A stretch of 64,000 nt of DNA from an uncultured bacterium (GCA_963740635.1 CAVUEQ010000001.1:273026-337025); one strand, 5' to 3'. Positions 1-8,430 are shown, counted from the stretch's first letter. Numbers and translations: made by a program. The notes: generated by a model not told the origin, from the sequence alone.

Positions 1-341
1 ACGGCCGGCCGTTCGACGGGATGGGCCGGGGCGCCGCGCAGATCGAGTATCTGCGATGGTTTGGCGCGTTGGTGGACAGCGGCCGCGTTGTGGCCGTGGG
101 GGTGGCTAGGTGCGGGCGCGGGCGACGGGGCTGCGGGCGAATTGGGGGTGGCGGGTGGCGGGGTTTGGCGCGTGGCGTTGGTGCGGGAGCGCGGCGACAG
201 GTCGAGCGATACGCGCCTGGCCGCCGCCGGTGGGTTGCCGTCTGAAGACGTAAGAGCGGTGCCGCAGACCGAGCAGTAAACCTGCCCCCCGATCTTCACG
301 GGAGGGGTTTCGCGTTGGCACATCGGGCAATTTGTCGCCAT
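1..341 (-). CDS. zinc-ribbon protein with Pro/Ala-rich linker; partial, runs off the window start
   Basis: Absent from the ORF track because it has no stop inside the window. The minus-strand ATG at 341 opens a stop-free frame to position 1: MATNCPMCQRETPPVKIGGQVYCSVCGTALTSS... This is CxxC-x14-CxxC followed by a Pro-rich low-complexity region. No clear SD. Confidence 0.4.
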   Translation of the reverse strand, partial: MATNCPMCQRETPPVKIGGQVYCSVCGTALTSSDGNPPAAARRVSLDLSPRSRTNATRQTPPPATPNSPAAPSPAPAPSHPHGHNAAAVHQRAKPSQILDLRGAPAHPVERPA

Positions 342-385
342 ATTGTGCTTATGTTACAACACAATGGCTATGCTTGGAATAGGCT

Positions 386-1234
386 TTAGCGGGATCGCCA
401 CACCCGGAAGATGAAGCGCGGGATAGCGAGAGCACGACGCAGGCGGCTGGGCTCGAGCAGGAGGCGCCACAGCCATTCCAGACCAACCCTTTGCAGCCAG
501 GCGGGAGCTTTTTGCCTGGCGCCGCCAAAACTGGCGTAGTCGAAGGTGCCGCCTTCGCCGATGAGCAGGCCGTGCGGGAGGCCGGCGGCGAGCTCGGCGC
601 AAACGCCTTCCTGGAGCGGAAAACCCATGCCCACCAGGGTAAGGTCGGCGCCGGCGTCGCGCAGACGGGTGGCGGTAGCTTGAGTCCAGGCTTCGCTGAC
701 CCGGCCGCGGGGGGCGTCCGGGTCGCGCCCGCTCAGGGTGCCGACAACTTGCAGCCCGGGGATTTGCTTAGTGATGGTGGCCGCGACTGCTTCGATTTCT
801 TCCGGTGTTTCCTTGCCGATCAGAAACACCCGCAAGTGGGTTTCGGCGGCGGCTTGCAGGAGCGGCCAGGTGAAGTTGGTGCCGGCGGCGCGCTCGGGAA
901 CGGGCCAGCTTAGCTTGGCGGGGGCGAGCACAATTTGGCAGAGGGTAACCCAAAACCTTAGCGGTGTGCGCGGGCCGGCGTAGAGGTAATGGGCGGCCCA
1001 CAGCACGGCCACGCCGTCGGCGATGGCCAGCTCGGCGTGGTTGAGCAGCCCGGCTAGTTTGGGGTCGGCGGCGGCGCGGTCCAGAAATTCCACGTAGGGT
1101 TTTATGACATAGCCGGCCGGTTTGGTATGGTCGGCGGCGTAATCGCAGATGTAGGCGATGGCTTCGGTGAGCCCGATGCCGTCGACGTCTACGCCCAGAA
1201 TTCCGACTTTGTCGTAAACCTGCTGCCTAGACAC
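386..1234 (-). CDS. WecB/TagA/CpsF-family glycosyltransferase
   Basis: 282 aa. Family-typical blocks: GILGVDVD...AIADGVAVLWAA, LIGKE, VGMGFPLQE and the C-terminal EWLWRLLLEPSRL. Its start overlaps the upstream gene by 8 nt. Confidence 0.85.
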   Translation of the reverse strand: MSRQQVYDKVGILGVDVDGIGLTEAIAYICDYAADHTKPAGYVIKPYVEFLDRAAADPKLAGLLNHAELAIADGVAVLWAAHYLYAGPRTPLRFWVTLCQIVLAPAKLSWPVPERAAGTNFTWPLLQAAAETHLRVFLIGKETPEEIEAVAATITKQIPGLQVVGTLSGRDPDAPRGRVSEAWTQATATRLRDAGADLTLVGMGFPLQEGVCAELAAGLPHGLLIGEGGTFDYASFGGARQKAPAWLQRVGLEWLWRLLLEPSRLRRALAIPRFIFRVWRSR

Positions 1235-2510
1235 GTCTCGCCTCCCCTGCCGCGCCGGCGGCGGCGCCGGCCACGGTCCAGGTGACGAGGGCGGTGGTGG
1301 AATCGGCCCACGAGGGCAGCACCAGGGCTACAAACCCCACGCCCACGATGGCGGCTGCGGCCGGCAAAGCTGTGGTGACCGTGGGGTAGGCAAGCCGTAG
1401 AGCCAGGATTAGGGCGACGCAGATGAAGATGAATATCAGGGCTCCGAGCGCGCCGGTTTCATAACCCACTTGCAGGTAGTAATTCTCGATGATGTTGGGA
1501 GTAGCGGCGTGGAAGGTGGCAGGGCCGGCGGTGCCCAGGCCGTGGCCGAGCGGGTTTGCGAGCACGGCGGCGGCGCCGTTATGCAGTGACTGCGAGTGCT
1601 GGGAATCGGACAGGTTGCTTTGGTCGTGGGCGGCCACGCTGGAATGCAGAATGTAGTACTGGAGCGGGCCGCCGTGGGTGAGGGCGAACGGCAGGGCCAG
1701 CAGCAGGCAGGCGAGGACTCCTCCGGCGGCGAGGGTGACTGGGCGCCGCGCGCGGGCTGGAAGGCTAGCCAGGGCCGTGAGCGCCACGGCCAGCGCTGCC
1801 CCTAGCCAGGCGCTGCGCGAGAATGTCCAGACGAGGCTAATAAGGCAGGCGGCGAAGAGTACCGGCTGCCACCAGGCGCGGTGGCGCATGAAAAGCGCGG
1901 TGGTGAGGCACAGCGGCAATATCAGGTAAGTGCCGAGCTGGTTGGGGCCGCCGAGCGTGGCCGGGAAGCGCAGGGCTGACGTGCCTTGGGTGATATGTTG
2001 GTACGGGAGGATGGTGCTGGGTCCGTAGCCGAAATGCGTGAGGAAATCCGGCGGCAGCATGAAAATTTGCAGGAGGTCGAAGCCGGTGACCACGGCCGCG
2101 CCAATCAGCACCACGCGGACCAGCTGGCCGACGAACGGTTTGCCGGCGACGAACGCTGCGAGCACGGCCGCCAGCAGGAATTCCAGGTCGGTTTTGAGCC
2201 CGAAGGCCGCGAGCGTGAGGGGCGGGTGGGTGACAACCGTTACGAGCAGGGCGAGCCCAGCAAATGCGGCCACGCCAATGACCCATGGCTGCTGTAGGCG
2301 GTGCAGCCGCGCCGGCTCCCGCCACACGAGGATTGCTGCGAGCGCCGCGAGAACCAGCAGCAGCGCCTCTTTCCAGGCTTGGATAATGGCTTCGTGTCCA
2401 AACAAACTGCCCAGCCACACGCTGAGGAAGGCGTGGAATGGCATGACGGCGACAATTAGGAGCAGCCCCCATTCAATGAGCTTTTCGATTTGTGTGGTTT
2501 GGGCTTTCAT
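1227..2510 (-). CDS. O-antigen ligase-like (Wzy_C) polytopic membrane protein
   Basis: 427 aa and multi-TM. It has the FSRSAWLG-type loop typical of O-antigen ligase/polymerase-like proteins and is collinear with the TagA-like gene. Confidence 0.7.
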   Translation of the reverse strand: MKAQTTQIEKLIEWGLLLIVAVMPFHAFLSVWLGSLFGHEAIIQAWKEALLLVLAALAAILVWREPARLHRLQQPWVIGVAAFAGLALLVTVVTHPPLTLAAFGLKTDLEFLLAAVLAAFVAGKPFVGQLVRVVLIGAAVVTGFDLLQIFMLPPDFLTHFGYGPSTILPYQHITQGTSALRFPATLGGPNQLGTYLILPLCLTTALFMRHRAWWQPVLFAACLISLVWTFSRSAWLGAALAVALTALASLPARARRPVTLAAGGVLACLLLALPFALTHGGPLQYYILHSSVAAHDQSNLSDSQHSQSLHNGAAAVLANPLGHGLGTAGPATFHAATPNIIENYYLQVGYETGALGALIFIFICVALILALRLAYPTVTTALPAAAAIVGVGFVALVLPSWADSTTALVTWTVAGAAAGAAGEARRV

Positions 2511-2589
2511 TTTCTTCTGAGATAAGTATAACTTGTATCGAAATTTTGCGAGCGGCTTGAGCCCAGCTGCGATTGAGAGTTCGCCCGGC

Positions 2590-2608
2590 TATACTCCCAA
2601 AGAGTATA
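2590..2608. repeat. 19-bp palindrome TATACTC-N5-GAGTATA (copy 1)
   Basis: Read directly as tatactcccaaagagtata. It lies in the 282-bp lower-GC spacer between the mreB stop and the O-antigen-ligase-like start. Confidence 0.6.
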
Positions 2609-2702
2609 CCCTCCCCATTTTCGGCCAGAATTTACCCAACATGCGCTAAATTATGGCTTAGGCAAAGTAATTATCACGACATATTTTCGCAATGCAAGAA
2701 AC

Positions 2703-2721
2703 TATACTCTTTTGGAGTATA
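2703..2721. repeat. 19-bp palindrome TATACTC-N5-GAGTATA (copy 2, inverted relative to copy 1)
   Basis: Reads tatactcttttggagtata, which equals the reverse complement of copy 1 with one mismatch. Confidence 0.6.
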
Positions 2722-2792
2722 GTGACCGTCTCGCTAACCCGTGCAGCAGGCGGATCCGAAATGTCACCACCAGGCGGTGCCGGGTGAGGCCA

Positions 2793-3797
2793 CTATTTCA
2801 CAGCAACCAAACTACGTTTGTATTCTTCGAGGTTGTCGAGGGCGATGCCGGTGCCGCGGGCCACGCACAGCAGCGGTTCTTCGGCGACAACGCACGGAAC
2901 GCCGGTGACCTGGGTGAGCATTTTGTCGAGGTTTTGGAGGAGGGCGCCGCCGCCGGTGAGGACCATGCCGCGGTCGATGATGTCGGAGCTAAGCTCGGGC
3001 GGTGTCTGCTCGAGCACCACGCGGATGGCCTGGATGATTTTTTCGAGCTCGTCCTGGAGGGCGCCGGAAATTTCGTTGGCGCGGATGGTGATGGTTTTGG
3101 GGAGGCCGGCGATGATGTCGCGGCCGCGGATTTCCATGGTTTTGTCGCGGGTGAGCTTGAGCGCCGTGCCGAGCTGCTGCTTGATGATTTCGGCGGTGCG
3201 GTCGCCCACGGCCAGGCCGTAGGTGCGGCGGATGTACTCACCGATGGCGTTGTCGAGGCGGTTGCCGCCGATGCGGATGCTGTGCTGCGCCACCACGCCG
3301 CCGAGCGAGAGGATGGCGATCTCGGTGGTGCCGCCGCCGATGTCCACGACCATGTTGCCGGCCGCGCTGGCGATGGGGATGCCGGCGCCGATGGCCGCGG
3401 CTACGGGCTCGCGGATGATGTAGGCGGCGCGGGCGCCCGCGGCCAGGGTGGCGTCGATGACGGCGCGGCGCTCGGTGCTGGTGGCGCCGGCGGGCACGCA
3501 GACCATGACGTCGGGCCGCGAGAGCCGCCAGCCGCCGGAAATCTTGTTGATGTAGTGGCGGATCATGGCCTGCGTGATGCGGTAATCGGCGATTACGCCG
3601 TCGCGTAGCGGCCGGCTGGCCGTGATGCTATCCGGCGTGCGGCCCAGCATTTCCTTGGCCTCGGCGCCGATGGCCACAATTTTGTTGTGGTCATCGATGG
3701 CGACTACGCTGGGCTCGTTGATCACGATCCCCCGTTTTGGGACATACACCAACACGTTGGCCGTACCCAGGTCAATAGCAATGCGCTTGGAAAACAT
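2793..3797 (-). CDS. mreB: rod-shape-determining protein MreB
   Basis: 334 aa. MFSKRIAIDLGTANVLVYV...GVIADY...DIGGGTTEIA... shows actin-fold MreB signatures throughout. Confidence 0.95.
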   Translation of the reverse strand: MFSKRIAIDLGTANVLVYVPKRGIVINEPSVVAIDDHNKIVAIGAEAKEMLGRTPDSITASRPLRDGVIADYRITQAMIRHYINKISGGWRLSRPDVMVCVPAGATSTERRAVIDATLAAGARAAYIIREPVAAAIGAGIPIASAAGNMVVDIGGGTTEIAILSLGGVVAQHSIRIGGNRLDNAIGEYIRRTYGLAVGDRTAEIIKQQLGTALKLTRDKTMEIRGRDIIAGLPKTITIRANEISGALQDELEKIIQAIRVVLEQTPPELSSDIIDRGMVLTGGGALLQNLDKMLTQVTGVPCVVAEEPLLCVARGTGIALDNLEEYKRSLVAVK

Positions 3798-3802
3798 GAC
3801 TG

Positions 3803-3812
3803 TAGTATACTA
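3803..3812. promoter_or_regulatory. 10-bp palindrome TAGTATACTA giving a TATACT -10-like hexamer on both strands
   Basis: The divergent spacer between the mreB ATG (3797) and the PEGA gene ATG (3826) is only 28 bp. The minus-strand TATACT (3809..3804) lies 6 nt from the mreB ATG. The plus-strand TATACT (3806..3811) lies 14 nt from ATG 3826, with AAGG in between. Confidence 0.35.
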
Positions 3813-3825
3813 TGGCTCAAGGTTC

Positions 3826-5238
3826 ATGCAGCGACGACTCTTTATCATATTTGGCTACCTTTTGGTTGCGCTCGCGATAGTCGGGTTCACGGTTGGGTTA
3901 GTCGCGTACGGCAACGATTACTCGTACGACTTTGCTACTCATAGCATTATTCAACGCGGGACGGTAATTATAGAGAGCATCCCGGGGGGAGTCTCGGTCA
4001 CGGCCGATGGCAAGCAGACCGGGCGCAGGACCCGGTACCAGGTGGCGTTCAAAGTGGGCGGCCACACGTTTGAGCTCGAAAAAGATGGTTTTTGGCCGTG
4101 GGAGAAGGTGCTGAATGTGGTGGCAGGCCGCGTGTCGTTGGTGAATTATGTGGTGATGGTGCCGAAATCGCCGGCCAGCAGTGAGTTGGATTCCAAGACT
4201 CAGATTGTCGCGCAGGATATATCGAAGGACCACCGCCACCTGGCCTACATTACGGGCGGGGCGGATGCGGCACTGTATACGCTGGACTTGGGTAATCGCA
4301 AGGTGGTGAAATTGTATGTGCCGAAAGCGGCTGTCGCGGCCACTCCGACCGCACCGGCCACGCCGGCTGAGGTACTGCAGAACGTGACGTGGTCCGATGA
4401 TGCCTCGCACCTGCTGATCGCGAGCGATATGGGCGGCGCGCCCACGCACCGGCTGGCGGCGGCGTCGGGCGGTGAGCCGGGCAACCTGACGCAGACATTT
4501 GGCTTTAACCTGGCCGGCTTGCAGTTTTCGGGCAACAACTGGCGCCAGCTGTACTGGGTGTCGCCGGACGGTTTGCGGCGGCTGGATGTGGAGGCAGCGA
4601 CCGTGTCGGGGGTGCTGGCCGACAAGGTGTCGCAGTTTTGGGTGCAGCCCGACCGTGTGCTATACGTGCAGCAAACCGAACTCGGCCGGTCGCTCTGGAG
4701 CCTGGATAGCCGCGGCAAGAAACAGGAATTGATCCAGGCGCTGGTGGAAAGCGATTCGTACTCAGTGGCGTTCAGCCGGTACAATGGCACCGACGAATTG
4801 GCGGTGGCGCCTTCCAAGACCGGCGTGGCTACGCTGTACTCGGGCATTTTTGGCGATACGCCGGTGGCCAAGGTGATAACGCGCGGCGTAAGCGGCGTGA
4901 ACTTTTCGCCGGACGGCCATCTCTTGGCGCTCACCAGCGGCAGTGCTACCAGCGTGTACGACCTCGAACAATCAGACATTCAAAACACTTTTGTGATACA
5001 TAATTTCACTAATGCGCCGGGGAACCTGGCTAGCCTAACGTGGTTTGATAACTACCATTTGCTGGCAAACCGGGACGGCGAGCTGTGGTGGAGTGAATTT
5101 GACGGCGCCAATGCGGTGGATTTGGGTAAGACTGCAGGTGGCCTACCCGCCTACTCGGATGCGGATCGCAAAGCGGTGATTATGTTTAAGCCGACGGCAA
5201 ATGCCGTCAAACTTACAAGTTTACTGATAAGGCAGTAA
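3826..5238 (+). CDS. membrane-anchored PEGA-domain protein with C-terminal beta-propeller (TolB/PD40-like) repeats
   Basis: The track ORF starts at 3622 inside antisense mreB. I re-assigned the start to ATG 3826 (MQRRLFIIFGYLLVALAIVGF = TM anchor). The PEGA-like block is GTVIIESIPGGVSVTADGK...GGHTFELEKDGFWPWEKV. Repeated SPDG/WSDD propeller-like strands follow. Confidence 0.65.
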   Translation: MQRRLFIIFGYLLVALAIVGFTVGLVAYGNDYSYDFATHSIIQRGTVIIESIPGGVSVTADGKQTGRRTRYQVAFKVGGHTFELEKDGFWPWEKVLNVVAGRVSLVNYVVMVPKSPASSELDSKTQIVAQDISKDHRHLAYITGGADAALYTLDLGNRKVVKLYVPKAAVAATPTAPATPAEVLQNVTWSDDASHLLIASDMGGAPTHRLAAASGGEPGNLTQTFGFNLAGLQFSGNNWRQLYWVSPDGLRRLDVEAATVSGVLADKVSQFWVQPDRVLYVQQTELGRSLWSLDSRGKKQELIQALVESDSYSVAFSRYNGTDELAVAPSKTGVATLYSGIFGDTPVAKVITRGVSGVNFSPDGHLLALTSGSATSVYDLEQSDIQNTFVIHNFTNAPGNLASLTWFDNYHLLANRDGELWWSEFDGANAVDLGKTAGGLPAYSDADRKAVIMFKPTANAVKLTSLLIRQ

Positions 5239-5272
5239 TCAATTTCATTCGAGACAATGTTCATTTTCGCGT

Positions 5273-5317
5273 AACTAGGTATTCTAATCACCTAGTAGGT
5301 CATTGGAATACCTAGTT
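5273..5317. repeat. hairpin with perfect 12-bp stem (AACTAGGTATTC / GAATACCTAGTT) and a 21-nt CTAG-rich loop
   Basis: Read directly. It lies between the convergent PEGA-protein and sortase genes and has no adjacent T-tract. Confidence 0.4.
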
Positions 5318-5371
5318 GGGCTGAGTTGATAGGACTTATAGCAGCCTACTTAGAACTGCAGCGGTATTCTG

Positions 5372-6508
5372 CTATTTAATCGCGGGAAGCTGGCCGGTGG
5401 CCGCTGGCGTGGGCGTGGGGCTGGCGGCCGGTTTGCCGCTAATAATTGAGCTGAGGCTTGAGAAGATGCCGTTCCAGGCTTGCGATAGCGAATCGAGGAA
5501 GTTCGACGACGAGCTGAGGGTGGACGGGGCCGAGGGCTGGGCTGTGGGCGTGGACGGGGCCGGCTTGGTAGTGCCGGGAACAGGGCTGACCTGCTTGGCC
5601 GTCACCACCAGGCGCTTAAGTGAGGTGCCGGGCGGGGTGCAGGTGATGAGTGTGAGCGTGGGTGTGGGTGTGGCATTGAGCACGCCGACGTCGGTAGGCT
5701 CCACGACCCGGCTGCCGGTGACCTCGTAGACATAGCGGTGTGACTGGAAGTCGATTGTGACCTGGTCGCCGGGCGCCAATTTGTCGAGCAGCACAAACAC
5801 GAATTTGAAATTACCAGGCTCCCACCAGTCGTTGGAGCTATGGCCAAAGATGGCGACGTTGCCGTTTTGGCCAGGGGTGGCGGTGTTGCCGTAGTGCACT
5901 ACCCCGTCCTGGAGGGCGCGCTGGATGGCGGCTTCTTGGATACTTGGTTCGTATTCGACCGGCGCATGGACGTTGATCTTGGCAATGGTAATGGTGTTTT
6001 CGGCCGGCACGACCTCGGCTGCCGCCGGTGCGGCAGCCACCGGGGCCTGGTTCTTATTTGAGAGCGAATATTGGATTTGGCTGATAATTACCGGCGCCTT
6101 AAATAGCAGCAGCACGAGCAAAAACACGCCTACGGCGGTCACAAACGGCAGCACGGCCGACGGAATGCGGCGGCGGTGCACCAGCGGCTTGTCGCGGTCG
6201 GTGCCGGCCAGCTTGGCCTTGTCGGTGACGAGGTCGGCGGTGGAGATGGCCGGCGCTAGCGTGGGCCCGCCGGCGGCCGGGTGCAGTTCGGGCACGGGTT
6301 GGTAATCCCCCATCTCAGCGATGCGGGCGCGGGCGGCCGCGGCGGCTGCCGGGCGCTTCACGCCATCGGGGCGGTGGCCGGCAGCGTGCGCGGCCTGACC
6401 GGAACCGTGCTCAGGCGTGTGGGCGCCATGAACCTCCACCGGCCGCTTCGGGTACTCCTTGCGCAGTCGGATTGAGCTAATATCTAAACTGTCTGAGCGG
6501 TCTGCCAT
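5372..6508 (-). CDS. sortase-family transpeptidase with long disordered N-terminus, TM anchor and Pro/Thr/Ser-rich tail
   Basis: 378 aa. The sortase core reads ...GNVAIFGHSS...LAPGDQVTI...YVYEVTG...PTLTLITCTPPG. His and the TLxTC Cys motif are present. Confidence 0.85.
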   Translation of the reverse strand: MADRSDSLDISSIRLRKEYPKRPVEVHGAHTPEHGSGQAAHAAGHRPDGVKRPAAAAAARARIAEMGDYQPVPELHPAAGGPTLAPAISTADLVTDKAKLAGTDRDKPLVHRRRIPSAVLPFVTAVGVFLLVLLLFKAPVIISQIQYSLSNKNQAPVAAAPAAAEVVPAENTITIAKINVHAPVEYEPSIQEAAIQRALQDGVVHYGNTATPGQNGNVAIFGHSSNDWWEPGNFKFVFVLLDKLAPGDQVTIDFQSHRYVYEVTGSRVVEPTDVGVLNATPTPTLTLITCTPPGTSLKRLVVTAKQVSPVPGTTKPAPSTPTAQPSAPSTLSSSSNFLDSLSQAWNGIFSSLSSIISGKPAASPTPTPAATGQLPAIK

Positions 6509-6613
6509 GATTGTCTACCGTTCATTGTCTATGGTATCTTGAGTTACGTGTTAAATCCAAGCGTGAGCGTTCAAATCCTGTATTTAAACATAAATTAGCA
6601 TCCTAGGCAATAT

Positions 6614-6699
6614 GCCGCTGTGGTGGAATGGTAGACACAAGGGACTCAAAATCCCTCGAGCACTAGCTCATGTCGGTTCGAGTCCGACCAGCGGTACCA
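6614..6699 (+). tRNA. tRNA-Leu (anticodon CAA), long variable arm, CCA encoded
   Basis: Acceptor GCCGCTG/CAGCGGT (one G-U pair). Anticodon stem-loop AGGGA-CTCAAAA-TCCCT. T-arm GTCGG-TTCGAGT-CCGAC. Terminal ACCA at 6696-6699. Confidence 0.9.
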
Positions 6700-6711
6700 G
6701 TAATTATTCTG

Positions 6712-6735
6712 AGGCTCTCCGGAGCCTTATTTTTG
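6712..6735 (+). terminator. intrinsic terminator after tRNA-Leu
   Basis: AGGCTC-tccg-GAGCCT stem followed by TATTTTTG. It overlaps the stop codon of the convergent SDR gene. Confidence 0.55.
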
Positions 6736-7425
6736 TTGTGGGGTTGGCGACCAGGGCGCTTGTCCGCCCCGCCATTGGTGCGGGTTGCTGAGATCAATAG
6801 ATTCAACCATGACCGTACTCGGTCGTGTCGAGATGAACTCAATTGTTGCCGCAACATCTTCGGGCTGTATGAATTCCTCCGGAGTCGGGGCGCCCCAGGT
6901 ATCAACCCCCCACGCATGGACCGTCGAGACCCTGACCGACGGCTCAAGCTCATTGCGTAGTACATTGGCGAAATTCGTAATCCCGCTCTTGGTGGCCGCG
7001 TAAACGCTCTCCCCTACTATGCTCGACTTGGCGGCCATCGAGGACATGAAGATAATCTGGGGATTTGGGCTTTTGCGGAGGAGCGGTAGAAGCGAACGGG
7101 TGACGAGCAGGTGCGATCGCAAATTGAGATCGAGCATGTGATCGATGTCATCCACCGACAGGTCGGCAAATTGCTTCATGGTCATGACGCCGGCGATATT
7201 AATAAGCGCGTCAATCTTGTCTGTTTGTTCGACGATTTGGTTGATGAGCTTATCGATTTCTGCTGATTTCGTCAGATCGCACGCTATGAGCGTGGGGTTT
7301 TGAAAAGTATCTTTAAAGGATTCTTTGGAGGTGGCAATCAAGAATAAGTGGTTATCGGGATTATCAAATTGTTTGGCAGTCGCAAGACCAATGCCCCGGC
7401 TTGCACCGGTGATTACTATATTCAT
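6727..7425 (-). CDS. short-chain dehydrogenase/reductase (SDR) family oxidoreductase
   Basis: 232 aa. MNIVITGASRGIGLA is the TGxxxGxG motif, and ...SSMAAK...YAATK... is the YxxxK motif. GC is visibly lower (sample lines 43-52%). TACAAT lies 6 nt upstream of the ATG. Confidence 0.85.
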   Translation of the reverse strand: MNIVITGASRGIGLATAKQFDNPDNHLFLIATSKESFKDTFQNPTLIACDLTKSAEIDKLINQIVEQTDKIDALINIAGVMTMKQFADLSVDDIDHMLDLNLRSHLLVTRSLLPLLRKSPNPQIIFMSSMAAKSSIVGESVYAATKSGITNFANVLRNELEPSVRVSTVHAWGVDTWGAPTPEEFIQPEDVAATIEFISTRPSTVMVESIDLSNPHQWRGGQAPWSPTPQQK

Positions 7426-7533
7426 GGAGTTATTGTATCAAAGTCTGATAGGGGCATCAGATAGTAATGAGGCGTAACTCCCAGTGCTGAACCACTCCCA
7501 CAGGTTACGGGCCAGTTCCTGATGCGGTACGTT

Positions 7534-7555
7534 CTGCGGTACCAGCAATTATTCT
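7534..7555 (+). repeat. direct repeat of the tRNA-Leu 3' end plus flank (20/22 identical to 6689-6710)
   Basis: CTGCGGTACCAGCAATTATTCT here versus CAGCGGTACCAGTAATTATTCT at the tRNA. Both copies are followed by a hairpin plus TTTTTG. Confidence 0.6.
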
Positions 7556-7561
7556 CAATAA

Positions 7562-7581
7562 CGGCCTTCGGGCCGCTTTTT
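7562..7581 (+). terminator. terminator-like hairpin following the tRNA-3'-end repeat
   Basis: CGGCC-ttcg-GGCCG then CTTTTT. No plus-strand CDS lies upstream of it. Confidence 0.45.
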
Positions 7582-7634
7582 GTGGTATCGTTGGGCGATC
7601 GGAACGTTCCGCGCACAGTTAGGAGTTGGAAATC

Positions 7635-8294
7635 ATGACCGCCGCTACTGGAATCAGTCTTCCGCAAGGCTTGAGGGATGCCCTGACGAAGATCGCAAAA
7701 GCGCTCGTCGAAGGCCCCGTGAGCGACAAGGTCGATTACGGCATGCTGCATTATTACGCGTATCTGACGAGCCCCGACGACGATGAAGCCAAAGCAGTAC
7801 GGGCATTTCTCGACCGGCAGGTCCGCGAGCTGACCGGCGGTACGAAGACGGTTCTGTTCGCCGAGAAGGCCTACCTCGACATTGGGGCCACCGGGGGTCT
7901 CTACCTGGCGATGGTGCCCGTGGGGCATGACGCTAGGTCGCCGGAAGCGCAGTACCTCGGCCTGTATGCCGGGATTGGCGGATTGTACCTGGCGAGGCGA
8001 GCGTCCAAGCAGAAGATCACCGACCGACTGCGCCGGGACGAGGCCAACGATCGCCGGCGCGGACAGCAGGTTTCCGGAGAACTCTTGGCGATTGAACTGA
8101 CTGAAGTTGTCCGGCGGCATGTCTTGTCGGTTTACGAAGATTTGAAACTGACCGAACTGCGGTTCGACGATATCTTCTACGCCGCCCCAGGTACCGGCTC
8201 CACTCTGCGTGAGCGGTTGTCTCAGCTGAGCCTGGAGCAACTCTGCACGATTCTGGTTATCTTGGGCCGGCCCGATCTGCCCAGCTACCAGTAG
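7635..8294 (+). CDS. hypothetical protein (orphan; C-terminal LSLEQLCTILVILGRPD block is reminiscent of DUF3775)
   Basis: The track ORF starts at TTG 7626. ATG 7635 sits 9 nt after AGGAG (7621-7625). A strong terminator lies right after the stop. The composition is protein-like, unlike the 391-aa antisense ORF. Confidence 0.55.
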   Translation: MTAATGISLPQGLRDALTKIAKALVEGPVSDKVDYGMLHYYAYLTSPDDDEAKAVRAFLDRQVRELTGGTKTVLFAEKAYLDIGATGGLYLAMVPVGHDARSPEAQYLGLYAGIGGLYLARRASKQKITDRLRRDEANDRRRGQQVSGELLAIELTEVVRRHVLSVYEDLKLTELRFDDIFYAAPGTGSTLRERLSQLSLEQLCTILVILGRPDLPSYQ

Positions 8295-8302
8295 CCGCCA
8301 CC

Positions 8303-8342
8303 GACGAACGCCACCGGCGATTTGTCGGTGGCGTTCGTCTTT
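8303..8342 (+). terminator. intrinsic terminator (perfect 14-bp stem)
   Basis: GACGAACGCCACCG-gcgatttgt-CGGTGGCGTTCGTC followed by TTTACA. The T-tract is short. Confidence 0.6.
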
Positions 8343-8373
8343 ACAAGCACGATACCCGAGATGCGAATGGCAT

Positions 8374-8408
8374 AACGTCTTGACGTCGAGACGTTGTTGA
8401 GGTACCAT
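8374..8408 (+). promoter_or_regulatory. putative TA-operon promoter with overlapping dyad operator
   Basis: Inverted repeat AACGTCT-N8-AGACGTT (8374-8395) embeds TTGACG (8380-8385). TACCAT lies 17 nt downstream (8403-8408). Confidence 0.4.
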
Positions 8409-8430
8409 GGGATCAATCAAGGAGACTATT

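Noticed and set aside
2712-3608. 298-aa plus-strand ORF
   Set aside because: It is antisense to mreB. The translation is Gly/Ala/Asp-rich low complexity.
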